64,000 nucleotides of DNA from Pseudomonadota bacterium (GTDB taxonomy: Bacteria; Myxococcota; JACRCW01; JAFGSX01), in contig JBDRCO010000094.1 of assembly GCA_043821645.1 (NCBI GenBank), forward strand, positions 32,001-96,000. Direction: 5' to 3'. Below the pieces are notes generated by a model that had not been told where the DNA came from, searched no databases, and worked only from the letters and a program-made list of their open reading frames with translations. The position numbers and the translations under genes were made by a program. Below are positions 20,625 through 29,600 of this stretch, piece by piece (position 1 is the first letter of the stretch; each line of letters opens with the position of its first letter).

Positions 20625-22199
20625 ATGAATGCACTGACCGCACCGCAGAGCCTGGGCTACTTCGTGCCTGAGCTGGTGCTCGTCGCCACCGCCGTGGCCG
20701 TGTTCCTGGTCGATCTTTTCATTGCCGATCGCGACCGGCGCGAGGGTCCCGCCGCGCTGCTCAGCCTCGCCGGCCTGGCCACGGCCCTGGGTTTCGCGGC
20801 GGCGCAGTGGACCTGGCCGACCCAGGCCCTCTTTTCGGGCATGGTGGTGGTCGATCCCTTCTCGGTCTTCTTCAAGGTGCTGGTCCTCGCCGCCACCATC
20901 GCGGTGATCGTGTTCCTGTACCGGTCGAACGAGACCGTGCGCGACGCGGCGGGGGAGACCTATGGCCTGCTGCTGGTGCTGACCCTGAGCGCCATCCTGG
21001 TCGCGTCGTCGTCCAACCTGCTGATGATCTACCTCGCCTTCGAGGGCGTGTCCCTGGTCAGCTACATCCTGGCGGGCCTGTCCAAGCACAACAAAAAGGC
21101 CAGCGAGGCCGCGCTCAAGTACGTGGTCTACGGTGGTGTGGCGTCGGGCGTCATGCTGTTTGGCATGTCCTACCTGTTTGGCCTGACAGGCAGCCTGGAC
21201 CTCGTGATCATCCGCGAGCGGCTGCAGACCCTGACCACGGCCATGGCCGGCGGCCACGTGCTCGACCTGACCCTGGTCCTGGGTGTGGTCTTCATGCTCG
21301 CAGGCATCGGCTACAAGGTCGCGGCGGCGCCCTTTCACATGTGGTGCCCCGACGTCTACGAGGGTTCACCCACTCCGATCACCGCGTACTTCTCGGTGGT
21401 GCCCAAGGCCGCGGGTGTGGCCATCGTGATCCGCTTCTTCTACGTGGGACTTTCCCAGGCCGCCAGCGGAGGTCACTTCGACGCGGTGACCACGGTGCCC
21501 TGGGTCGCGCTGCTGGGCGTGATCGCAGCGGCCACCATGACCATGGGCAACTTCGGTGCGCTGTGGCAGACCAACCTCAAGCGCCTGCTCGCCTACTCCT
21601 CCATCTCTCATGCCGGCTACATGCTGATGGGCATCGTGGTGCTCGGCGCCAACGGGCTCAGCGCGGTGCTGTTCTACATGGCGGTGTACACCGTCATGAA
21701 CCTGGGAGCCTTCTTCTGCGTGATCGCCGTGCGCAACGCCACCGGCGAGGAAGACCTGGCTGGTGTGCGCGGTCTGGGCTACCGCGAACCCATCTTGGCC
21801 GCGTCGCTGACGGTGTTCATGCTCTCGCTCACCGGCTTGCCCCCCTTGGCGGGCTTCATCGGAAAGTACTTCCTGTTCGCCAGCGTGCTCGAGCACACGG
21901 GCGTGTGGTACGACATCCTCGTCGTCGTGGCGGTGATCAACTCGGCGGTGTCACTGTTCTACTACGCCAAGGTGCTGCGAGAGATGTACCTGTCTCAGCC
22001 CGTCGAGCGCACGCCCCTGCGCATCCCACTGGTGCACCTGTTGACCATCGTCGTGTTCGCGGTCTTCATCCTCGTCATGGGCTTCGTGTCCTTTGGCATC
22101 AGCAGCCTCAAGAGCACGACGGACCGCTCGCTGATCTTCGCAGGTCAGCCGGCTCCGGACGCACCGGTGGCCCAGATCCTCGACCTCGACGCACGCTGA
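20625..22199 (+). CDS. nuoN: NADH-quinone oxidoreductase subunit N
   Basis: EAALKY, KVAAAPFHMWCPDVYEGSP, KRLLAYSSISHAGY. Confidence 0.97.
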   Translation: MNALTAPQSLGYFVPELVLVATAVAVFLVDLFIADRDRREGPAALLSLAGLATALGFAAAQWTWPTQALFSGMVVVDPFSVFFKVLVLAATIAVIVFLYRSNETVRDAAGETYGLLLVLTLSAILVASSSNLLMIYLAFEGVSLVSYILAGLSKHNKKASEAALKYVVYGGVASGVMLFGMSYLFGLTGSLDLVIIRERLQTLTTAMAGGHVLDLTLVLGVVFMLAGIGYKVAAAPFHMWCPDVYEGSPTPITAYFSVVPKAAGVAIVIRFFYVGLSQAASGGHFDAVTTVPWVALLGVIAAATMTMGNFGALWQTNLKRLLAYSSISHAGYMLMGIVVLGANGLSAVLFYMAVYTVMNLGAFFCVIAVRNATGEEDLAGVRGLGYREPILAASLTVFMLSLTGLPPLAGFIGKYFLFASVLEHTGVWYDILVVVAVINSAVSLFYYAKVLREMYLSQPVERTPLRIPLVHLLTIVVFAVFILVMGFVSFGISSLKSTTDRSLIFAGQPAPDAPVAQILDLDAR

Positions 22200-22212
22200 C
22201 CGCTCCCTGCCC

Positions 22213-22803
22213 ATGATGATCCTGGCTGTACGCACGGACGAGCTGAACAGACAGATCCCACCCCAGCCCTTCAGGGCCCTGCCCCGGGAGGAGATCGATC
22301 GCCTACATGCCTCGGTCGAGGTGCACGCTGTCCCGAGCCAGCAGGTGCAAGAAGACAGCGCCTGGATCGTGCTGGCGAGCTTCACGCTCCTGCACTTCAA
22401 CTACTCGTGGTTCACCTGCGCGCGGGAACCCGGGGCTGTCGACGTCTTGCAGCAGGGGGAGCGCAGCCTCGGCCTGGCCGGATTTCTCGAAGCTGCAGAC
22501 GACCCGCCCCTGTTCCTGGACGCTGCCATGTCCGGAGCGACGCGGGCCGTGGTGGAGGCGCGGGTCGTGATACCACCCAGGATGGAGCTGCGACTGGCAG
22601 GTCTGCTCAGAAGCCCTGCTGGCCACCCGGCTCCCGGAAGACTAGCTCTGGTTCATGTCGTGCGCCTGCGCCAACCCGGCATCGAGGCTTGCACCGGTGC
22701 CCTTCGCGGCATTCTGTTTGCCGGCAACACGGAGCTGCAGCAGAGCCGCACGCAGTTCGACCCCTGGAGCCAGGTCCTGATCGACCACCTGCAGGCCCTG
22801 TGA
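22213..22803 (+). CDS. Degenerate NUDIX-family phosphoesterase-like protein (COG4112-like)
   Basis: QEDSAW...SLGLAGFL...LAGLLRS...RLALVH...FDPWSQVL parallels this family (EEDPxFKQ, SIGIGGH, GLINDD, FETWS), but no REXXEE Nudix box is present. Confidence 0.55.
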   Translation: MMILAVRTDELNRQIPPQPFRALPREEIDRLHASVEVHAVPSQQVQEDSAWIVLASFTLLHFNYSWFTCAREPGAVDVLQQGERSLGLAGFLEAADDPPLFLDAAMSGATRAVVEARVVIPPRMELRLAGLLRSPAGHPAPGRLALVHVVRLRQPGIEACTGALRGILFAGNTELQQSRTQFDPWSQVLIDHLQAL

Positions 22804-22903
22804 TTCTCGCTGCCGGCTACTGCACGCAACACCCTGGACGCTAGATCGGGCATTGGGCAGGCGAGGTCCGGCGCCACAGCGCTTGCCCGCAAGAGGTCCG
22901 CAC

Positions 22904-23404
22904 ATGAGCACGTCCCTCAAGATCTCGCCCTGCCTGTGGTTCGACGACAGGGCCGAGGACGCAGCCCGCTTCTACGTGTCCGTCTTCGCCGACTCCTCGA
23001 TCGACGACATCGCGCACTATTCGAGCGAGGGCTTCGAGGTGCACGGCCATCCCGAGGGCAAGGTGATGACCGTGAAGTTCACCTTGGGGGGCCAACCCTT
23101 CCTTGCGCTCAATGGAGGCCCCCAGTTCACCTTCAGCGAGGCCATCTCGTTTCAGGTGTTCTGCGACACCCAGGACGAGGTGGACCACTACTGGAATGCC
23201 CTCACCGACGGCGGCGAGGAGGGGCAGTGCGGCTGGCTCAAGGACAGGTTCGGCCTGTCCTGGCAGGTCGTGCCGAACCGGGTCGCCATCTGGCTGGGCG
23301 ACCACAAGAGTGGCGGCGCCGAGCGTGTGACCCGGGCTTTCATGCAGATGAAGAAGCTCGACATCGCGACCCTGGAGCGCGCTTTCACGGGCGAAGCCGT
23401 GTGA
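22904..23404 (+). CDS. VOC/glyoxalase family protein (PhnB / 3-dmu-9_3-mt-like)
   Basis: ISPCLWFDDRAEDAARFY, ALNGGPQF, CGWLKDRFGLSWQVVP, MQMKKLDI. Confidence 0.95.
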   Translation: MSTSLKISPCLWFDDRAEDAARFYVSVFADSSIDDIAHYSSEGFEVHGHPEGKVMTVKFTLGGQPFLALNGGPQFTFSEAISFQVFCDTQDEVDHYWNALTDGGEEGQCGWLKDRFGLSWQVVPNRVAIWLGDHKSGGAERVTRAFMQMKKLDIATLERAFTGEAV

Positions 23405-23476
23405 CCTCTCGCCTGCCCGTCCCATCCCCCACCTGACGGACGCCTGCGAACGGCAGCCGCGGGCTATGCTGTCTTC

Positions 23477-26104
23477 ATGAAAGCGCGTTCGAGCCTGTGT
23501 CCGGGTCGAGGCCTGGGGTGCATCGTGGTTCTCGCCGTGACGGCTTGCGGCGATCCTGTGAGTCCGCCTCCTGGCCGGGCAGAAGGCGGAGCCCGGATCG
23601 GAGATAGCGCGGGCCACCCCTGGGAACTCGATGGCGGCTCGACCGATGGGACCACGAGAGACAGCTCCGGGGTCGACCGGTTCCCCCTCGACACGGCAGC
23701 AGCACCGGACGCCCACACCGGAGCGGACACGGCGCCCCACCCGCTGGATGCGAGCGCGGCGGATCACGAGGCGGGCACGGTCTCGGGGGACGCCACCCTG
23801 GCAGGGCCGGATGTGAGCTCGACGGGCTTCGATGCGCCGGGGAGTGACGTCGCGGCCGGGGACCGTACTGCCGTCGACCAGGCCGCCCCGGATTCTGCAG
23901 TGGCGACGGGACCCTTCTCCATCGTGCTGCTGCCCGACACCCAGTACTACACCAACAAGCAGGCTGACGACGTCAACAATACCTACCGCAAGCAGGCTCG
24001 CTGGGTCCGCGATCACACCCTCGACGACAACATCCGCTTCACCATTCACCTCGGTGACATCACGGCCAACAACGGGGCGTCCCAGTGGACCTCGGCGGAT
24101 CACGCTCACGACATCCTCGATCTGGCCGGCATCCCTTACAGCGTGACGACGGGCAACCACGACTACCTGATCAGCGGCGACTTCGCCCGGGGCAACACCC
24201 TGTTCGATGACACCTTCGGCGCCGCGCGCTTTGCCGGGCGCCCCTGGTACGAGGGTGCCCTGGGCTCGAGCAACGCGAGCAACGTCAACCTGTTCGAGGT
24301 CGGCGAGCTGCGCTTCATGGTGCTGAGCCTCGAGTATGCGCCGCGCAAGGACCTGCTGTGTCGCGCCGAGCAGGCGATCGCGGCGCACCCCGACAGGCGC
24401 GTCATCATCGCCACCCACTGCTACCTGACCCACGGCGGGGTGTACTCCACGGGCTGCCCGGATCCGGCCTACGGCGCCATTGGCTCGGACGGCGAGACGG
24501 TGTGGAACGAGCTGGCCAGCCGCCACAGCAACGTGTTCCTGGTGGTGTCCGGCCACGTCGGAGAATCAGCTTACGTGCCGCGTCAGGGCAACGCGGGCAA
24601 CACGGTGCACCAGCTGGTTGTCGACTACCAGTTCGAGGCCGCCTGCACCGCCGCCAGCGCCAGCCAGTGCTCGAATCACTGCCGGGCGGGCACCTACACC
24701 GGCAACGGCTGGCTGCGCGAGATGGTGTTCGACCCGGCCAGCGACCAGGTGCACGCGCGGACGCTGACGGTCGAGGATGGAAATGCCTCCTTCTTCCCGG
24801 GTGGCCAGCCCAGGCTTTTCTGCAGCGAGCTGAACACCAACGGCGAGAACGCCTATGCCTCGGACCCGCTCGCACAGGACCACGATTTCACCTTTGCCCA
24901 GGACCTGGGACCCCTGCCCACCTACCAGCGCGAGGACCTCGGTTCGAGCGCCTTTCGCGATCGCACCGTGAACAGCGCCGGAACTGGAGACCAGCTGGTG
25001 CCGCGCGTCGCGGCCGCGGCCAGCGGCGACTTCGTGGTGGTGTGGGAGGACGACTCGTCGACGGCGGATGGCGCCGGCAATCACGACATCCTGGTGCGCG
25101 GCTTTCACGCCGGGGGCTGCGAGGCCTTCTCGGATCTTGTCGTCAACGTCGCCACCGCAGGCCAGCAGACCGCGCCGGCCGTAGCCATGGACGCGGTCGG
25201 GAACTTCGTGGTGGCCTGGGCCGATGACAACGACGGCAACGGCTCTTTTCAGATCTACGCGCGCGGCTTCGCGGCCGATGGCAGCCAGCGCTTTGCCACC
25301 TTCACCGTCAACAGCGCCGCGGCCGGTCAACAGATCGAACCCGCCGTCGCCATGGCGCCGGACGGTCGCTTCGTCGTGGCCTGGCAGGACTCACCGACCA
25401 GCAATGGGCTGTACCAGATCCGCATGCGTGGCTTCGAGGCCAACGGCAGCGAGCGCTTCACGGATCGCAGCGTGCACGCGGACAGCGCCGGGACGCGCCT
25501 GCACCCAAGCCTGGCCCTCGACGACAGCGCACGCCTTGTGGTGGCCTGGCAGGACGACTCCGATGGCAATGGCGTGTACCAGATCCACGCCCGCGGCTTT
25601 TTGGCCGATGCCAGCGAGCGCTTTGCCCTGCGCACGGTCAACAGCGTAGCCGCCGGGCAACAGCGCAAGCCCGTGGTCGCGGCCGATGCCAGCGGGGGCT
25701 TCGTGGTGGCGTGGGAGGACGATCAGGACGGAGACGGTCAGTTTCAGATCCTGGCCCGTGGTTTCACGTCCGCGGGGGCGGCTCGCCTGGCCGACTTCTC
25801 GGTGGCAGGCGACAGCTCAGGCCACCGCATCGCACCTGCCATCTCCATGCGCAGCGACGGGGCCTTCGCCGTCACCTGGCAGGACGACAGCGACGGCAAC
25901 GGCACCTACCAGATCCACGCTCGCGCCTTCTTGGCCGATGGCAGCCAGTGGAAGCCGCGCTGGACCGTCAACCACCAGAGTGCCGGGCAGCAGCGTGCAC
26001 CGCACCTCGCTTTGACCGGGGACGCCGTGGTGGTGGCGTGGGAAGACGACCTGGACGGCAATGGCGCCTACCAGCTTCTGGCCACGGGTGTGGACCTGCC
26101 CTGA
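23477..26104 (+). CDS. Secreted calcineurin-like metallophosphoesterase lipoprotein with C-terminal 7-repeat domain
   Basis: PDTQ, HLGDIT, GNHD, ATH and SGH metal motifs; VTAC lipobox; Asp/Ala-rich linker; seven ~55-aa repeats. Confidence 0.85.
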   Translation: MKARSSLCPGRGLGCIVVLAVTACGDPVSPPPGRAEGGARIGDSAGHPWELDGGSTDGTTRDSSGVDRFPLDTAAAPDAHTGADTAPHPLDASAADHEAGTVSGDATLAGPDVSSTGFDAPGSDVAAGDRTAVDQAAPDSAVATGPFSIVLLPDTQYYTNKQADDVNNTYRKQARWVRDHTLDDNIRFTIHLGDITANNGASQWTSADHAHDILDLAGIPYSVTTGNHDYLISGDFARGNTLFDDTFGAARFAGRPWYEGALGSSNASNVNLFEVGELRFMVLSLEYAPRKDLLCRAEQAIAAHPDRRVIIATHCYLTHGGVYSTGCPDPAYGAIGSDGETVWNELASRHSNVFLVVSGHVGESAYVPRQGNAGNTVHQLVVDYQFEAACTAASASQCSNHCRAGTYTGNGWLREMVFDPASDQVHARTLTVEDGNASFFPGGQPRLFCSELNTNGENAYASDPLAQDHDFTFAQDLGPLPTYQREDLGSSAFRDRTVNSAGTGDQLVPRVAAAASGDFVVVWEDDSSTADGAGNHDILVRGFHAGGCEAFSDLVVNVATAGQQTAPAVAMDAVGNFVVAWADDNDGNGSFQIYARGFAADGSQRFATFTVNSAAAGQQIEPAVAMAPDGRFVVAWQDSPTSNGLYQIRMRGFEANGSERFTDRSVHADSAGTRLHPSLALDDSARLVVAWQDDSDGNGVYQIHARGFLADASERFALRTVNSVAAGQQRKPVVAADASGGFVVAWEDDQDGDGQFQILARGFTSAGAARLADFSVAGDSSGHRIAPAISMRSDGAFAVTWQDDSDGNGTYQIHARAFLADGSQWKPRWTVNHQSAGQQRAPHLALTGDAVVVAWEDDLDGNGAYQLLATGVDLP
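24955..26101 (+). repeat. Seven ~55-aa intragenic tandem repeats (probable beta-propeller)
   Basis: Consensus VNxxxAGQQxxPxVAxxxxGxFVVAWxDDxDGNGxYQIxARGFxADG seen seven times. Confidence 0.85.
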
Positions 26105-26117
26105 GGGAGACGGTGCC

Positions 26118-26660
26118 TCACTCCGCCCACTGCACTCTCCAGCCGAAGCGACGGTCTCCCTCGCGCCAGCCCTCGGCCTGGGCGCTGCGCGCACCGCACA
26201 GCAGGGCGACGCCCTCGACGTAACCCGCCGTCTCCTCGAGAGTGGCGTCGGGAAAGTCCAGGTAGTCCTGCACCACCAGCCGCAGTCGTGGCTGGTCGGG
26301 CTCGCGCTCGACTGTCATGCGTCCGGCATCGTTGTAGGTGCCCCAGATGCGGGCGCTCTGACCGATGGCGAAGGGGATGCTGATCACGCGCAGGATGAGC
26401 CTGTACATGCCGCGCATGTTGTCTTCGGCTATCGCACGGCCCAGGCGTCGCAGGGAGCGGACATCCCCAGGGAACAGCACCGCGGCACCCGCTGCGAAGA
26501 TGCGCGCCACGACCTCGATGTCGACCCAGCTCACGGCCAGGGTGGCGTGGTAGGTGTCCACGTCGGCAGCTGAAAGCCGCGCCAGCAGCGCGTCCTCGAC
26601 GCCAGCGGCCTGCACCAGCTTGCGCACCGTGACAACGTTGCTGCCCTTGCTTCTTGGCAT
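26118..26660 (-). CDS. DUF2378-like (myxobacterial TIGR02265-like) protein
   Basis: SKG at the N-terminus, SWVD, LRRLGR, IWGTYNDAGR, GYVEGVALLCGAR, terminal WRVQW. Starts 3 nt after the giant gene's stop. Confidence 0.6.
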   Translation of the reverse strand: MPRSKGSNVVTVRKLVQAAGVEDALLARLSAADVDTYHATLAVSWVDIEVVARIFAAGAAVLFPGDVRSLRRLGRAIAEDNMRGMYRLILRVISIPFAIGQSARIWGTYNDAGRMTVEREPDQPRLRLVVQDYLDFPDATLEETAGYVEGVALLCGARSAQAEGWREGDRRFGWRVQWAE

Positions 26661-26663
26661 GTG

Positions 26664-29600
26664 TCACTCCTCGCCGGAGGGCACTGTGCCAGCCCTGCGA
26701 CGGCGTCGCCAGACAAGCAGCGAGAGGCCCAGCCCGAGAACAGCGAGCGGGACACTCCGGCCAGTGCTGGCGCAGCCACAGCCTTCCGCGGCAGTGGGCG
26801 ACTTTCCGCTGGCATCTCCTTGCCCGGTCGCGGTGCCTGAGCCGTCTGCTCCGATCGCCGCCCCCGTGTCTACCCCGGTTTCGCCGGACCCTGTGTCGAC
26901 GCGTCCTCCGTCGTCGAGGACGACGTCCGCGGCGCCCGCATCGAGCGCCGCATCCGTGGCCAGCGTGCCATCCAGGGCCGGGGCGTCCAGACCGAACGCG
27001 TCCGTGAATGTCGAAGCACCGTCCGCCACAACGGTGTCGACAGCGCCAGCGTCGAGCAGTGGCACATCGGCGACCGCTCCGTCCGGACTCTGGCCACCGG
27101 CGTCCACACCCGCATCCGGTACCGGAGCCGCCGTGGTGAACTGCACGAGCGCCCAGGGGCTCGTGCCGTACAGGTCCGCAGCGCGCACGCGCGCGTGGTA
27201 ATTCTGGCCCGTCACCAGCTCCGGGACGGCGTGCTGGACCGTGGCGCTGCCGCCCATTGGAATCTGGTCCACGTCGTGAATCAGGCCCACGAACTGATCG
27301 TCGGTGGCCACCTGCACCTGGTAGCTGAGCAGGTCACCGTCGAGGTCCAGGGATTGCTCCCACTCGAGGTTCAGGGGCAAGGACAGGTCCTGCGCCTGGT
27401 CCTGCGGCGACTGGATCACCGGCGCCTCGGGCGGGTGATTGTCGAGCGCCAGGTCGACCACGAAGCTCTCGTCGCCGCTCCAGGGGCCCCACACGTATCC
27501 GTCCCAGGCTCGGCAGCGCCAGAAGTAGGCGCCCGGTGCCAGTGGCCCCACGACCATGCTGGTGAGTGGGCTGCTCAGGTTCGCCACCCCTCCGACGCCG
27601 TCGTCGACCTCGCAGGCATAGGTGAGTGCGTCTCCGTCGTCGTCCGATGCGGCGCTGAAGCTCAGGCCCGGTCGGGCACCCGTATGAGCGCCTGCCACAG
27701 GCACCAGCAGGGTCGGCGCTGTGGGCGAGTGGTTGAGCACCACATCAAGGGGCAGCCGCAGCTCGAAGGGCGCTTCGATCGATGGACTCACCGTCGCCAC
27801 CAGCTCGTACAGGCCCGGTGCGTCGACGGTCAACTGCAGCGGGATCGCAGCCTGGCCACCCGCGGCCAGCGACAGGGCCGCGCTCTGAGGCGTGACATGC
27901 AGTGACGTGTCGGAGCTGGCGAGGGCCACTTGCACGCCTGTTCCCGCGGAAAAATCCAAGTTGTCCAGCACCAGCATGGCCGTGAAGGTCTCGCTGTGCC
28001 GTCCCGCCAGGGTCGCCGGTGAAAAGTGCCCGTACACGCCGCTCACTGCCACCGTGACCAAGCCTGTATCCGAGAACACCAGGGTCGGGTCGTCCGGCGG
28101 CCAACCCAGCACGGTCACCGGCCACGGGCCCTGTGTGAGGCCTGACAGACCCTCCACGTGGAGAGGAACGTCCACCCGGGTCACGCTGGTCAGGTCCACA
28201 TGGGTGCGTGCCAGCGAGGCGCTGAAGGCCAGCGGTCCAGTGACCGCGAGGTCCATCATGCCTGGTGGGTCAAACACCACGCGGTCGACGCGCACCGTGA
28301 ACTGCGCCTCGCCGGTACTGCTGACGACGCTGCGCGGGTCCAGGATGCGCAGCTTGGCGCCTGGCGTCTCGAGGATGACGTGGGCATCAAAGCTGTCAGT
28401 GATCAGGTTATTGTCGACGTCGGTCACCTTGAGCGTGTGGATGTAGTCGCCCACCAGGATGCCATTGGGGCTCATGCGTATGGGTACGCGCTTCTCGGCG
28501 CCGGGTCCCAGCACGTGGGGACCCGCGTTAAAAACGGGTCCCCAGTACGCCGGTCCACAGCAGCGAGACAGTGTGACCGTTCGCGTGGTCATGCCCGTGT
28601 TGCGAATCACGGCCGTCAGGGTGAAGGGCACGGTGCGGCCCGAGCGCACCACAGGCGGATCGGCCACCACCTCGACGCTGTCATCGTCGATGATGGTGAC
28701 AATGACCGCCGCTACAAGGTCGTATCGATACGGGGCAACCAGCTCTGAGATTTCGACACCGACGGGGTAGCGTCCGGCTGGCCCTCGCAAGGTGAAGGTG
28801 TAGCTGACCAGGCGATTGCCGTCGGTCATGTAGAAGTCCACCAGGCCCAGGCGCTCTTGGTGGGTACTGGTGATGTCTGCCAGGCCCTGGGTGCGCGTGT
28901 AGAAGGCGCGCCGAGTGTCGCCCGCCTGACGGGTGTACAGGACACTGAAGCTGACCTGTTCGCCATTGCGGCCCCGGATCTCGACAGGGTCGGGTGTGGC
29001 GACGATGCGGTAGCCGTGCACCCGAGCCGTGCCGACCACCGCGTCATTGCCAGCGAGGACGCTGCTGGCGACTATCTGGTAGCGCTGCAGTCCGTCGGGT
29101 GTGAAGTCCGAGGAGAACAGCACCAGGTCCACCGTGATGCTGCCCTGAGCCGGGACGGTCACCTGGGTGGGAATCTCCGCTCGGATCGAGGGATCGAGAC
29201 CCACGACAGCGAGGTCCACAGTGTCGGGCTGGTCACGGTGATTCCTCAGCGTGACCTTGACCGTGTGCCCGGCGCCGCGCTCGAGATCGACCAGGTCCGG
29301 GCTCAGGCTGACCAGGTGATCCACGACGGCGATGAGGGAATCCAAGGCCAGGGTCGTGCGGTCGACACCCTGCTGCAACTCGAGCGTCGATCCCGACGAC
29401 AGGGGCACGACGCTGCCAGGTTGCAGTCCGGTGAGCTGCTGCGCGTACTCGAAATGCTGCGCGGTGGCTGTGGCCTCGAAGGGCAGGAGCCAGGTGAGTG
29501 TGCCACTGCTGTAGGTGGGCCAGGGACCGACCACGGGCAAGGCCGAGGTCGTATCCACACCGCCTCCGAGGGTACCGTGGGTCAGGGTCAGGTCCAGTGA

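Noticed and set aside
18867-21338. 823-aa minus-strand ORF and similar long antisense ORFs (e.g. 8101-9615, 38144-39979, 60967-62619)
   Set aside because: They mirror well-supported genes; long stop-free antisense frames are expected at this GC content.
24955-26101. Periodic DNA similarity as a possible CRISPR array
   Set aside because: Degenerate ~165-nt coding repeats with no identical short repeats, spacers or cas genes.
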